Shown here piece after piece: positions 18,085 to 27,927 of a stretch of DNA of 64,000 bases. The translations under genes and the position numbers were made by a program. Origin of the DNA: an uncultured Lactobacillus sp. (GTDB lineage Bacteria > Bacillota > Bacilli > Lactobacillales > Lactobacillaceae). The stretch covers positions 22,467-86,466 of the forward strand of contig CAMCCW010000001.1 of NCBI GenBank assembly GCA_945873395.1, read 5' to 3'. Under the pieces are notes generated by a model, which had not been told where the DNA came from, made no database searches, and saw only the letters and a list, made by a program, of their open reading frames with translations. Position 1 is the first letter of the stretch; each line of letters begins with the position of its first letter.

Positions 18085-18088
18085 CTAT

Positions 18089-18592
18089 CTATAGGTCAAT
18101 GATTTCCGGATCATAGCCCTCGGCCTTGAGAAATTTGAAGAGGTCCGGGGTCTTGATGAAGATCGTGTGAGTGTTCTCGTTGGGATGGAAAGTCTGGATC
18201 GGCTCATCGACAATGTCCTGATCAAAGTAGACCTGAACATTGTGCGCGGTGTTGTTGAGTAGGCCGAACGGTGAAACAATTCCCGGTGCCAGACCAAGCT
18301 GTTCCTGCAGGTCCTCGGGCCGGGCCATCGAAACCCGCTTGGCCCCCGTTAGGTCCTGAAACTCATGAAAGTCCATCCGCTTCTTATCATCCATGATGAC
18401 CATGTAGAACTTTTTCTTCTTGCCTTTCAGAAACATCGTCTTGGTCCGCACGCCTTCTCTGCCAGCAATATAGCGGTCAGCTTCCTCCGTGGTATGGGCC
18501 GCCGGGTGGTCAACCACATCATAGTCATCGATTCCCAGCTTTTTGAGTTCATCCTTAACTTGTTGATACGTTCCCATCGGCATCGTCGTCAC
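18089..18592 (-). CDS. YbaK/ProX-type aminoacyl-tRNA editing domain protein
   Basis: 167 aa. Pattern typical of prolyl-tRNA-synthetase-associated trans-editing domains (KTMFLKGKKKKFYMVIM...GIVSPFGLLN). Confidence 0.7.
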   Translation of the reverse strand: MTTMPMGTYQQVKDELKKLGIDDYDVVDHPAAHTTEEADRYIAGREGVRTKTMFLKGKKKKFYMVIMDDKKRMDFHEFQDLTGAKRVSMARPEDLQEQLGLAPGIVSPFGLLNNTAHNVQVYFDQDIVDEPIQTFHPNENTHTIFIKTPDLFKFLKAEGYDPEIIDL

Positions 18593-18721
18593 TCCTTTAC
18601 AGTTAATCGCTTACATTCATTATAACTGTTTCGATTTCTAAGACAATACACGATAAAAGGTCCATCAGCAGCAGTCGGTTACGCGATGGACCTTTTTATT
18701 TATAGGGAGATTATATTTTAT

Positions 18722-19585
18722 TTAGTCATTAGCGTGAATATCAAAGGCATTCAGCAATGCATCCGCAACACCTGGAGCATCAGGATCGTGCATTCCCTTA
18801 CCCTTGTCGAGCTTGCGGAGGGCATCCATCTCGTCAGAGGTCAGTTCGAAGTCGAAGATCTCGGCGTTAGACTTGATCCGGGCTTCATGGACAGACTTAG
18901 GGAAGACAATGACGCCCAGTTGGTGTTCATAGCGCAGGATGATTTGACCGACATTCTTGTTGTACTTCTTTGCCAGATCATTCAGCACTGGTTCGGCGAA
19001 GAGGTCCTTGTTTCCTTCACCCAGTGGTGCCCAGGCTTCGAGGGCGACGTGACTGTCAGCTAAAATGTCACGCAGTTCTTGCTGTTGGAAGTAAGGGTTG
19101 AATTCAACCTGGTTAACGGCTGGGGTGACGTTGAAGTTTGGTACCCATTTCTTCCAGAGCTTGGGGGACATGTTGGAAACCCCGATGGAGCGGATCTTGC
19201 CCGCCTTTTGTGCTTCCTCTAATGCCTGCCAAGCTTCGTCAACCTTGCCATATGGCTGGTGAAGAAGGTATAGGTCAATGTAGTCCAGGCCCAAATTGTT
19301 CAGTGACGTGTCGATAGCCTTCTTGGCATCCTCGTAGGCATAGTCTTGAAGCCACATCTTAGAGGTAACCCAGATTTGGTCACGCGGAATTCCACTGTCC
19401 TTGATGGCCTTACCGACTTCCTGTTCGTTGAAGTAGGCAGCGGCAGTATCAATGTGCCGGTAGCAAAGCTTCAAAGCATTGGAAACGGCCTTGTAAGTGG
19501 AACCGTCAGCGGGGATTTGGAAGACCCCGAAACCAAAGGACGGAATCTCGTTGCCATCGTTTAACTTAAATGTTGGAATATTCAT
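18722..19585 (-). CDS. Aldo/keto reductase
   Basis: 287 aa with AKR signature blocks (GFGVFQ, YRHIDTAAAYFNE, LDYIDLYLLHQP, IRSIGVSN). Tandem paralogue of the next gene. Confidence 0.88.
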   Translation of the reverse strand: MNIPTFKLNDGNEIPSFGFGVFQIPADGSTYKAVSNALKLCYRHIDTAAAYFNEQEVGKAIKDSGIPRDQIWVTSKMWLQDYAYEDAKKAIDTSLNNLGLDYIDLYLLHQPYGKVDEAWQALEEAQKAGKIRSIGVSNMSPKLWKKWVPNFNVTPAVNQVEFNPYFQQQELRDILADSHVALEAWAPLGEGNKDLFAEPVLNDLAKKYNKNVGQIILRYEHQLGVIVFPKSVHEARIKSNAEIFDFELTSDEMDALRKLDKGKGMHDPDAPGVADALLNAFDIHAND

Positions 19586-19600
19586 TCTGAGTGTACCTCC

Positions 19601-20494
19601 TTAAAACTTGTTCTTTTCGTCGTCTTGTACGGCCCGCAGACTGGAGCCGAAGATTTGTTCAATCGTAACTGGATCACGGTGGTCAAAGAATTGACTCTCG
19701 TTCTTATCCAAACCAGCCATGGCCTTCATGTCGTCATCGGACAGTTCAAAGTCAAAGACGTCGATATTTTCGGCCATCCGCTTCTGGTGAACAGACTTTG
19801 GAATGACCGTGATGCCCCGTTGCAGGAGCCAACGCAGGATTACTTGACCATTAGACTTGCCATACTTGGCCGCAATCTTGGCAATCGTTTCGTTGGTGAA
19901 GATATTGTGCTTACCTTCGGCGAATGGTGCCCAGGCTTCAACCCGGATACCTTCACCTTGAGCAAACTTAACTTCCTGGTTTTGTTGGTACCAAGGGTTA
20001 ACTTCGATCTGGTTAACAGCGGGCTTAACTGGTTCCGTCAGCTCAAGGTCCTTCAGTTGGTCAGCGTAGAAGTTGGAAACACCAATGGAACGGATCTTAC
20101 CGGCCTTTTGAGCTTCTTCTAGGGCCCGCCAAGCACCCATCGTATCACCGTATGGTTGGTGCAGGAGGTAGAGGTCAATGTAATCCAGGCCGAGCTTTTC
20201 CAGAGAAGCATCGATCCCCTTCTTGGCTCGTTCGTAGTTGAAGTCGGATACCCAAAGCTTAGACGTTACAAAAATGTCGTCACGCTTAACGCTGCTCTTA
20301 GCAATGGCCTTACCCACGGCTTCTTCGTTTTGATAAGCAGCGGCGGTATCAATCAGGCGGTAACCGGTATTCAGGGCGTCGGTAACAGCTTGTTCAGCTT
20401 GGCTGAGGTCTGGAACCTGGAAAACACCAAAGCCCAGGGTAGGCATTTCAACGCCGTCATTTAATTTTACAGTTGGTACATTTACATCTGACAT
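19601..20494 (-). CDS. Aldo/keto reductase
   Basis: AKR blocks (GFGVFQV, YRLIDTAAAYQNE, LDYIDLYLLHQP, IRSIGVSNF). ATG 20494 after AAAGGAAG is preferred to the upstream ATG at 20527. Confidence 0.88.
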   Translation of the reverse strand: MSDVNVPTVKLNDGVEMPTLGFGVFQVPDLSQAEQAVTDALNTGYRLIDTAAAYQNEEAVGKAIAKSSVKRDDIFVTSKLWVSDFNYERAKKGIDASLEKLGLDYIDLYLLHQPYGDTMGAWRALEEAQKAGKIRSIGVSNFYADQLKDLELTEPVKPAVNQIEVNPWYQQNQEVKFAQGEGIRVEAWAPFAEGKHNIFTNETIAKIAAKYGKSNGQVILRWLLQRGITVIPKSVHQKRMAENIDVFDFELSDDDMKAMAGLDKNESQFFDHRDPVTIEQIFGSSLRAVQDDEKNKF

Positions 20495-20615
20495 GAGATA
20501 ACTTCCTTTCGTTTCATTCACTGTCATTATCTTAACCGCCAGCAGGTGATTTGAAAATTACCAAAATTCAATGGTAGTATAGATACAACGTATACTAAGG
20601 AGGAGCTGACAGTAA

Positions 20616-21482
20616 ATGATTGATAACTACCTATTGGAATACCTCGTCACCTTCACCCAAACCAAGACCCTGGCCAAAACAGCGGCAGCCCTCAACGTCA
20701 CCCAACCCACGGTGACCCGGGGAATGCAACGGCTAGAGGAAGAGTTCGGGGTAAAGCTCTTCGATCGGCAACCGAACCGGATCACCCTCACTCCCACGGG
20801 CAGACTGGCTGCCAAGCTCGCTGGACAACTGCTCCAAGACAACCAGAACCTGGTTACCACGGTCCGCAATTATGACCAAACTAACCGGGTCATCAAGGTG
20901 GCCTGCTCGGCACCGGGGCCCCGTTTCATTGCCGAACAGCTACGTGATCATTCCTCTCATTCTCTCCAGGTCTGGTCCCAACTAATGCCGTCCGACCGGT
21001 TACTCGACCGTCTGCGCAGTCGACAGTTTTCCATGATTATCAGTAACCACGAGGTCCAAAGCGATCAGATAGAGTCGATCTTCCTCGGACAAGAGCACCT
21101 CTTCGTTAACCTCGATCAGTTCATGTACCTGGCCAACCAGCGGTCAGTGACCTTCAAGGAGCTGCGGGGAATCAGTTTTGTCGTCCTCAGCGATATTGGC
21201 CCCTGGCGGAAAATTGTCCAGGATCAGATACCAGACGCCAAGTTTCTCTACCAGACCGATTACGACGCTCTCAGAGAACTGACTAGGTACACCAACTTCC
21301 CCTTCTTTACTACTAATATTACAGATGAACATGGTCCTGAAGACTACCACATCGGTGATCGGGTTACCCTCCCGATCACCGACCCGGCCGCTACGATGAC
21401 CTTCTATGCCACCTATCTGAAGGACCAACGTGATCGTCTCCAACCCCTCATCAAAGACTTCGTCGCAAGCTGGCCCCAATAA
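20616..21482 (+). CDS. LysR family transcriptional regulator
   Basis: 288 aa with an N-terminal HTH (TLAKTAAALNVTQPTVTRGMQRLEEEFGVKLFDR). Divergent from the AKR pair. Confidence 0.85.
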   Translation: MIDNYLLEYLVTFTQTKTLAKTAAALNVTQPTVTRGMQRLEEEFGVKLFDRQPNRITLTPTGRLAAKLAGQLLQDNQNLVTTVRNYDQTNRVIKVACSAPGPRFIAEQLRDHSSHSLQVWSQLMPSDRLLDRLRSRQFSMIISNHEVQSDQIESIFLGQEHLFVNLDQFMYLANQRSVTFKELRGISFVVLSDIGPWRKIVQDQIPDAKFLYQTDYDALRELTRYTNFPFFTTNITDEHGPEDYHIGDRVTLPITDPAATMTFYATYLKDQRDRLQPLIKDFVASWPQ

Positions 21483-21550
21483 TGGCTACCGGGGACTTGT
21501 TCTTTCAAGGTCAGCTAATTAAAATATGTAGCAAAAACAGGTGATTTCAA

Positions 21551-22543
21551 ATGACACAAAAGAAAATCCTCCTGCTTTCCACCGGGGGTACTATTGCCTC
21601 GGTCGTCTCGGACCAAGGCCTCGTGCCTGGCGAGACTGGTGAGCAACTCATTCAAACATTAGGCAACGTTCCTTATGACGTCACTGTCAAAGACATTCTC
21701 CAGCTAGACTCCTCCAACATTCAACCGGAGGAATGGAAAGTGATCGCCCAGGCAATCTACCAGTACCGCAACGACTACGACGGGATCGTTGTTTCACATG
21801 GAACAGACACCATGGCCTACACCGCTTCGATGATGACCTTCATGCTCCAACACATCAATATTCCGGTGGTCTTCACCGGAAGTCAGGTCCCGATGAACGT
21901 CATCCTCAGTGATGCCCCGGATAACCTTCAACTGGCCTTTGCGGCTGCTGCCAACCTCCAGCCAAATATCTACCTAGCTTTCAACCGGAAGATCATACGG
22001 GGCTGTCGAAGCGTCAAGGTCCGGACCACGGCCTTCGATGCCTTTGAAAGTGTCAATGTCCCACCAGTGGCTGAGGTGACCTCCGATGGTTTTACCATTA
22101 AGACCAAACGCCCGCGCAGCACCGCACCGTGTGTCTTGAATACCGAGATCGACACTAACGTCTTCCTGATTAAGCTCTTCCCTGGCTTCGACCCCCGCCT
22201 TCTCATGGCTCTAGCCGAACATGATTGTCACGGGATCGTCATTGAAGCCTATGGCCTGGGCGGCATGACCTACATCCGACGAAATATTGCGGCAGCGGTC
22301 GGCAAGCTGATCAAACGCGGGATCCCCGTCATCGCTACTAGTCAATGTCTGTACGAGCGCAGCGACCTGACTAAGTACGAGGTTGGCCGCCAGGCACTAG
22401 TTGAGGGCGCCATCAGTGCCCATGACATGACCTCCGAGAGTGCCATTACCAAGCTAATGTGGGGTCTCGGTCAGGGAATGGACGTCAAGGCAATTGCTAA
22501 ATTTTTTGAAACCGACGTGGCCGGCGAAGTCACCCTTAATTAA
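21551..22543 (+). CDS. ansA: L-asparaginase, type I
   Basis: 330 aa with the active-site Thr motif STGGTIAS and a second motif HGTDTM. Confidence 0.88.
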   Translation: MTQKKILLLSTGGTIASVVSDQGLVPGETGEQLIQTLGNVPYDVTVKDILQLDSSNIQPEEWKVIAQAIYQYRNDYDGIVVSHGTDTMAYTASMMTFMLQHINIPVVFTGSQVPMNVILSDAPDNLQLAFAAAANLQPNIYLAFNRKIIRGCRSVKVRTTAFDAFESVNVPPVAEVTSDGFTIKTKRPRSTAPCVLNTEIDTNVFLIKLFPGFDPRLLMALAEHDCHGIVIEAYGLGGMTYIRRNIAAAVGKLIKRGIPVIATSQCLYERSDLTKYEVGRQALVEGAISAHDMTSESAITKLMWGLGQGMDVKAIAKFFETDVAGEVTLN

Positions 22544-22545
22544 CC

Positions 22546-22595
22546 GAAAAACGGCTCCTAAACAGCAAATTGCTGCTCAGGAGCCGTTATTTTTA
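22546..22595. terminator. Bidirectional terminator after ansA
   Basis: AACGGCTCCT...AGGAGCCGTT stem with A and T runs. Confidence 0.8.
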
Positions 22596-22787
22596 TTGAC
22601 GATCTTTAAGTCGTTCCCAACCTGACGTAACTGTGAATGTGAGCGCACAGATTAAGAAGATGAACAAGAACACGATCTGAACCCACTTAGGTGTATGGAG
22701 ACTTGGCAACGCAGTGATGACCAATAGGACTAGGCTAACCAGGGCAATGCCAGCCGTCAATCGTTGATTCTTAAAAAAGCTCTTCAC
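22593..22787 (-). CDS. Small two-TM membrane protein, unknown function
   Basis: 64-aa ORF with two hydrophobic spans. No recognisable family. Confidence 0.45.
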   Translation of the reverse strand: MKSFFKNQRLTAGIALVSLVLLVITALPSLHTPKWVQIVFLFIFLICALTFTVTSGWERLKDRQ

Positions 22788-22875
22788 TAGTTCTGCTTCC
22801 TTTCCGGTTTTAACGTGATTATATCACAGGCCGGTGTCTCCGTCGCAAGCCGATTACGCAACACAGAAGCAGTTA

Positions 22876-23337
22876 TTAAATTTGCCTGTTAAGTGAGATC
22901 ATCTCCAAGAGGCTCTGGGCCGTGCCGGCTCCCTCGTTCCCCATCTTGAGGCCGGCCCGTTGCATTGCCTGTTCAATATCATCAGTTGTCAGGATACCAA
23001 ACGTTACTGGGATTTTTCCTTGAGCGTTGAGCTTCATGATTCCGCTGGCGACATTTTGGCAGATCAGGTCATAGTGGTCCGTCTCGCCCTTAATCACAGC
23101 TCCCAGGGTCATGATTCCATCAAACTGGTCACTCGCTAGTAGCCGTTGACTGGCAAAGGGAATTTCAAAAGCTCCCGGAACATGATAAACATTGATCTGG
23201 TCTGTCGGGACCCCAAACTTCTCCAGGGTTGCCACAGCCCCTTCCATCAGCTGTCGAGTAACGGTGGCGTTGAAATCGGCTACTACAATGGCAATCTTTA
23301 GGTTCTGTTGGTCAAATTTTCCACTAAATTCGTTCAT
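22876..23337 (-). CDS. ribH: 6,7-dimethyl-8-ribityllumazine synthase
   Basis: 153 aa with the lumazine synthase pattern (IAIVVADFN...VPGAFEIP...[12 protein letters not shown]). Last gene of the rib operon. Confidence 0.92.
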   Translation of the reverse strand: MNEFSGKFDQQNLKIAIVVADFNATVTRQLMEGAVATLEKFGVPTDQINVYHVPGAFEIPFASQRLLASDQFDGIMTLGAVIKGETDHYDLICQNVASGIMKLNAQGKIPVTFGILTTDDIEQAMQRAGLKMGNEGAGTAQSLLEMISLNRQI

Positions 23338-23339
23338 GT

Positions 23340-24521
23340 CTATGCCTCCAAATTTAATAAGTGATGAAATTTCTGCTTCTTCGTCGCCAAATACTTATGA
23401 TCGTGAGCATTTGGCCGGATCTCCAAAGGCAGACGGCGGTTAATAGTGATCCCGTCTAAACGAAGTTGATCAATCTTATCCGGATTATTGGTCAAAAGAT
23501 CAATCGTAGTTACGCCAAGTTCCTTGAGCATCTCTGCCGCCACTTCGTATTTTCGTTCGTCAGGTGCAAAGCCCAGTTGCTCGTTGGCTTCCACGGTATC
23601 GTACCCTTCTTCCTGTAGGCGGTAGGCCTTGAGCTTATTACGCAGGCCAATTCCACGACCCTCTTGCCGCAAGTAAAGGATGATTCCTTGCCCATTCTCT
23701 TCAATTCGCCGCATGGCCTCATGAAGCTGGGGACCACAGTCACACCGTAGGGACCCGAGGACGTCCCCTGTAAAGCATTCCGAATGCAGGCGGACCATCA
23801 CCGGCGCGGCCCTGGTCAAATTCCCCTTGATCAGGGCCAGGTTGCCACCGGGGAAATAGTGTAAGCGAAAGTCCCCGTAGGTGCTGGGGAGCTTCACTTC
23901 TTCGACGGGTTTACTCACTTCGTTTTGCCGGTACTCCTGGAGTTCCTTGATGGTGATGATCGGCAAGCTATATTCGGCGGCCATTTCATGGAGCTCCGTG
24001 GACCGGGCCATCTCACCATTCGACTTCAGGATTTCGCAAATATAGGCTACCGGCTCCTCACCAGCCAGCTTAGCCAAGTCAACTGCCGCTTCAGTATGAC
24101 CGTTGCGTTCCAGGACCCCACCCGCTTTGGCAACCAATGGGAAAATGTGGCCAGGTTTGTAGAAATCCTGGTTAGTCGATTGAGGATCTGCCAGGTGGGT
24201 AATTGTTCGCCAGCGATCAAAAGCTGAGATTCCGGTCGTGGTCGAGCGGTGATCAACACTGATCGTAAAGGCCGTTCCAAACGGATCCGTATTATCCGCT
24301 GTCATCTGAGGTAGTTGGAGGCGTTTGGCCACCCGCGGTGCCATAGGGACACACATCAGTCCCCGGGCATACTTGGTCATGAAATTAACCTTCGCCGGGG
24401 TCGCCTTGCTGGCAAGGCCAATCATGTCTCCCTCTGCTTCGCGGTCCTGGTCATCCATCACGATTACCAGGCCACCATTCTTCAGCTGTGTTAATGCATC
24501 CTGGATTTTTTTAACATTCAT
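23340..24521 (-). CDS. ribBA: Bifunctional 3,4-dihydroxy-2-butanone-4-phosphate synthase / GTP cyclohydrolase II
   Basis: 393 aa with an N-terminal DHBP synthase part (DREAEGD) and C-terminal GCH II Cys motifs (HSECFTGD...CDCG). Confidence 0.92.
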   Translation of the reverse strand: MNVKKIQDALTQLKNGGLVIVMDDQDREAEGDMIGLASKATPAKVNFMTKYARGLMCVPMAPRVAKRLQLPQMTADNTDPFGTAFTISVDHRSTTTGISAFDRWRTITHLADPQSTNQDFYKPGHIFPLVAKAGGVLERNGHTEAAVDLAKLAGEEPVAYICEILKSNGEMARSTELHEMAAEYSLPIITIKELQEYRQNEVSKPVEEVKLPSTYGDFRLHYFPGGNLALIKGNLTRAAPVMVRLHSECFTGDVLGSLRCDCGPQLHEAMRRIEENGQGIILYLRQEGRGIGLRNKLKAYRLQEEGYDTVEANEQLGFAPDERKYEVAAEMLKELGVTTIDLLTNNPDKIDQLRLDGITINRRLPLEIRPNAHDHKYLATKKQKFHHLLNLEA

Positions 24522-25123
24522 TACTTCAGCCCCACTTTCATATTTCTAGCAACATACTTGCCCAAGATATCAGTCTCCATGTTGATCAGATCGTCAACTT
24601 GCAGCTCATCAAGGTTGGTCACCACCTGGGTGTGCGGAATCAAGCCGACACTAAAGCTGTCCTTATCGGCCTGCATTACTGTCAGGCTGACCCCGTTGAT
24701 GGCGACGCTCCCTTGTGAAACCACCTGCCTGCGAAGTCGCGATGGCAATGCAAAGGTTAATTCAATGGCATTTTCGTTCACCCGCCGCTCAATCACCCGG
24801 GTAACCTCATCGACGTGGCCCGTTACAATGTGGCCCTCTAGGCGCTCACCAACCTTTAATGAGCGTTCAAGGTTTAACAGGTCGCCAACTCGCCGCTCCT
24901 TGAAGATCGTCTTGATAAAACTCTGCGGCATCAGGGTAACGGTAAAGCCATCATCAACAAACTGCTCGATTGTCAGGCAGGTGCCGTCGACCGCAATCGA
25001 GTCACCAACAACCGCTCCTTTCAAGAAATCGCTTGCTTGCGGAGCCACGGTCAAACGCATCGTCTCCCCAGATCGTTCCAGTCGGCGAACCTTTCCAGTC
25101 GTTCCGATCAGTCCACTAAACAT
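24521..25123 (-). CDS. ribE: Riboflavin synthase (alpha chain)
   Basis: 200 aa starting MFSGLI, with an internal duplication of the lumazine-binding repeat (DGTCLT / NGVSLT). Confidence 0.92.
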   Translation of the reverse strand: MFSGLIGTTGKVRRLERSGETMRLTVAPQASDFLKGAVVGDSIAVDGTCLTIEQFVDDGFTVTLMPQSFIKTIFKERRVGDLLNLERSLKVGERLEGHIVTGHVDEVTRVIERRVNENAIELTFALPSRLRRQVVSQGSVAINGVSLTVMQADKDSFSVGLIPHTQVVTNLDELQVDDLINMETDILGKYVARNMKVGLK

Positions 25124-26180
25124 TAGCTACCATCCTCTCGCTTATTCTGATATTATCTCCTAACTGTTCTACTAGTGCCCCGTGCTTGGCACCTTCCTTT
25201 GGGTACCAGGCACCGGCCACCCCTTGTTCTCCAATCAGTCCTACACCTTGGTAGGTCAGAAGCTCATTCACCAGACCGCTCTTTAGAAAAGCCCGGTGGA
25301 TGGTTGGGCCTCCCTCAACATAGAGGGCCTGCAGACCACGACGACCACACTCAGCTACGACCGCTGAGATACCAGCGTCTGCCTGGTCGATCACCTCAGC
25401 ATGACTACCTGCCAAGCGGATCTTCAATGTGGGATCACTGGTGAAGACCCAGGTAGGCGCTGCCCCGTCTTTCAACAGGTGCAGGGTCGGATGCTGCGCC
25501 AGCCTTCCCCGCCGATCGAGGATAATCCGGACCGGAGGAAAATTAGTGGGGGCCGTGGTCAGGAGGGTCGGATTGTCAACGATTGCCGTCTGGCTCCCGA
25601 TGACAATCCCGTGGAACCAGGCTCGCTCTTGATGAACCCGGTCATAAACTACCTGATTGGTAATCATGGTCCGCTCGCCGGGGAACGCAGCTACCTTACC
25701 GTCACGCGACACCGCCTGCTTGAGCGTGACCCATGGCCGGTGCTTCTGAAAGTAAAAGTTATAGTGAGGATTCACTGCCGCGGCTCGGTCAGCCAGGACC
25801 CCCGTTACGACTTCCAATCCATTGGCACGTAACCGCCGAATTCCTTTTCCAGTCACTAACGCATGGGGATCGGTCTCTGCAATTACAACCCGGCGGATAC
25901 CTGAATCAACGATCAAATCCGCGCACGGTGGCTGCTTCCCATAGTGGCTACAGGGTTCCAAGGTTACGTATAGGGTTGCACCCCGCAATTGGTCTGCCGC
26001 CAGCTTGTTGATCGCATCTCGTTCCGCATGTACTCCGCCGAATTCGTGGGTGTGCCCCGTCGCCAAGAGTTGGCCATCCTTAACGACTACGGCCCCGACC
26101 CGGGGGTTCTGCCAAGTTGTATAGTCGGCTCGTTTGGCCTGTGCAATTGCTAGATTCATCCATTTTTCATCAACTTGCAT
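25116..26180 (-). CDS. ribD: Bifunctional riboflavin-biosynthesis deaminase/reductase
   Basis: 354 aa with the CMP/dCMP deaminase zinc motif (HAE...PCSHYGKQPPC) and a C-terminal reductase domain. Confidence 0.92.
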   Translation of the reverse strand: MQVDEKWMNLAIAQAKRADYTTWQNPRVGAVVVKDGQLLATGHTHEFGGVHAERDAINKLAADQLRGATLYVTLEPCSHYGKQPPCADLIVDSGIRRVVIAETDPHALVTGKGIRRLRANGLEVVTGVLADRAAAVNPHYNFYFQKHRPWVTLKQAVSRDGKVAAFPGERTMITNQVVYDRVHQERAWFHGIVIGSQTAIVDNPTLLTTAPTNFPPVRIILDRRGRLAQHPTLHLLKDGAAPTWVFTSDPTLKIRLAGSHAEVIDQADAGISAVVAECGRRGLQALYVEGGPTIHRAFLKSGLVNELLTYQGVGLIGEQGVAGAWYPKEGAKHGALVEQLGDNIRISERMVANV

Positions 26181-26197
26181 CTGTCTTCCCTTCCCAA

Positions 26198-26235
26198 CAA
26201 AAAAAGCTCCGAGAATATTTCTCGGGGCTTTTTCA
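26198..26235 (-). terminator. Intrinsic terminator (proximal to ribD) in the FMN riboswitch expression platform
   Basis: Minus strand: GCCCCGAGAA-atat-TCTCGGAGC followed by TTTTTTT. Its 5' arm can alternatively pair with the aptamer 5' P1 strand ATTTCTTCGGGGC. Confidence 0.7.
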
Positions 26236-26256
26236 TCCTAGTCCTAGTATGGCTTT

Positions 26257-26293
26257 AAAAATAAAACCCGGATAATAAACAATTATCCGGGGT
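26257..26293 (-). terminator. Second intrinsic terminator between the FMN aptamer and ribD
   Basis: Minus strand: CCCGGATAAT-tgttt-ATTATCCGGG perfect 10-bp stem followed by TTTTATTTTT. Confidence 0.7.
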
Positions 26294-26340
26294 CATTAAC
26301 GATATTTAAAAACACTACTAAGATTCTTAGTATATTGATT

Positions 26341-26475
26341 TCTTCTCCCATCCAGACTTTAACTGTCGGTACCAGACTCGCACTGGTTCAACCGCCAATC
26401 GTAATGATCAGCGGGTCACGGACTCCAAGATTAACTTGTTACCGTCGGTTGGGAATTTCACCCTGCCCCGAAGAA
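26341..26475 (-). promoter_or_regulatory. FMN riboswitch (RFN element) aptamer
   Basis: Minus strand: CTTCGGGGCAGGGTGAAATTCCCAACCGACGGT...AGTCCGTGACCCGC...GGTTGAACCAGTG...AGTCTGGTACCGACAGTTAAAGTCTGGATGGGAGAAG. These are the conserved RFN core blocks upstream of ribD. Confidence 0.9.
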
Positions 26476-26494
26476 ATATATTCGATTTATTTTA

Positions 26495-26523
26495 AGAATA
26501 CTATCTAACTTACTGTTTGTAAA
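26495..26523 (-). promoter_or_regulatory. Candidate rib operon promoter
   Basis: Minus strand: TTTACA (26523-26518), 17-nt spacer, TATTCT (26500-26495). Confidence 0.5.
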
Positions 26524-26528
26524 GAGCT

Positions 26529-27164
26529 TCACTTAATCATTTTCAACCAACGATGCGTCAGGACCCACTGCAGTAGCCAGATCAGGCCAGCACAGATTAA
26601 GGTCAGGGCCATCGTCAACAAGGTCCCCCAGAGGATCGGTACCACCTGCTGGTTCTGTAAGCCATCAAAGAGTAATTGTCCCAGCCCACCGGCGTTGATC
26701 GTAGCGGCAATGGTAGCCATCGCCATCGCCGACGCCAAGGCGACCTGAATACCACTGAAGATTGCCGGCAGTGCCAGAGGCAGTTGGACCTTAGAAAAGG
26801 TCTGCCAGCGGGTCATTCCCATCCCGTGGGCCACCTCAACCAATCCCGGATCCACGCCCCGAATCCCGGTGATGAAGGACCGCAAGAGGATGTACTCACA
26901 GTAAACTGTCAAAACAATCACCGCCGTCCGCATTCCCAATCCGGAGAAGGGCAACAGGAGGGCGAAGAAGGCAAAGCTGGGGATCGAGTACAGCAAGGAA
27001 AAAAAGTAGACCAGGCCGTTCAGCCAGTTCTGACGGCGCAGAAAGACCAAGACCAGCACCATTGCCACCAGCAGGGCAATCAGGAGTGATAACAGGACCA
27101 TCTGGGCATGTTGCGCTACCTCTTGTAGCATTTCACTGGAATTCATCTGCCAATACTCAATCAT
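26529..27164 (-). CDS. ABC transporter permease (osmoprotectant/choline-betaine type)
   Basis: Hydrophobic BPD-type permease. Start set at MIEYWQ (27164), which overlaps the ATPase stop by 8 nt. The N-terminal extension in the ORF track overlaps the ATPase gene. Confidence 0.85.
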   Translation of the reverse strand: MIEYWQMNSSEMLQEVAQHAQMVLLSLLIALLVAMVLVLVFLRRQNWLNGLVYFFSLLYSIPSFAFFALLLPFSGLGMRTAVIVLTVYCEYILLRSFITGIRGVDPGLVEVAHGMGMTRWQTFSKVQLPLALPAIFSGIQVALASAMAMATIAATINAGGLGQLLFDGLQNQQVVPILWGTLLTMALTLICAGLIWLLQWVLTHRWLKMIK

Positions 27165-27927
27165 GGACCCGCCCCCATAACTGTTCATTCTGCTGGACGG
27201 TTCCCAGTAGTTCTTTGACGAAGGCCGTCGCCGGGTGGGTGACAACCTCCTCAGGAGTCGCAAACTGCTCGATCTTGCCGTCGTGCATTACCATTACCCG
27301 CTGGCCGAGGAAGAGAGCCTCGTTGATGTCGTGGGTGACAAAGAGGAAGGTCTTGTTAGCTAGGCTATCGTGGATTCGTTTGACCTCCCGCTGGAGTTCC
27401 AGCCGGGTCAAGGCATCAAGGGCTCCAAACGGCTCGTCAAACAAAACATATGGCGGGTTAGTCGCCAGGGCCCGGGCCACGCCGACCCGCTGCTGCTGAC
27501 CACCCGACAGCTGGCTGGGGTAGCGATCCGCAAAGCTATCCGGGTCGAGCTGGACCAACTTGAGGAGTTCTGTTACACGTGAAACAATCTTGTCATGCGG
27601 CCAGTCGAGCATATTTGGAACAACCCCGATATTTTGGGCGATCGTCATGTGCGGGAAGAGGCCGATCTGCTGGACCACATAGCCGATGTGCCGGCGAAGG
27701 TTTACCAGGTCTTGGTCAGCCAGTTTCTTACCACCGATCAGGATTTCACCGGCACTCGGTTTCAGGAGGCCATTAACCATCTTAAGGAGGGTCGTCTTAC
27801 CACTCCCTGAAGAACCGAGGATGGTGACAAACTCCCCCTCTTGGACGGTGAAAGAGAGGTCTGGGATGACCAAGTTGTCACCGAAGCTCTTTTGGACGTG
27901 CTTAAATTGAATACTTGTTTTGGTCAT
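27157..27927 (-). CDS. ABC transporter ATP-binding protein (osmoprotectant uptake type)
   Basis: Walker A GSSGSGKTT, signature LSGGQQQR, Walker B VLFDEP. Confidence 0.88.
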   Translation of the reverse strand: MTKTSIQFKHVQKSFGDNLVIPDLSFTVQEGEFVTILGSSGSGKTTLLKMVNGLLKPSAGEILIGGKKLADQDLVNLRRHIGYVVQQIGLFPHMTIAQNIGVVPNMLDWPHDKIVSRVTELLKLVQLDPDSFADRYPSQLSGGQQQRVGVARALATNPPYVLFDEPFGALDALTRLELQREVKRIHDSLANKTFLFVTHDINEALFLGQRVMVMHDGKIEQFATPEEVVTHPATAFVKELLGTVQQNEQLWGRVHD

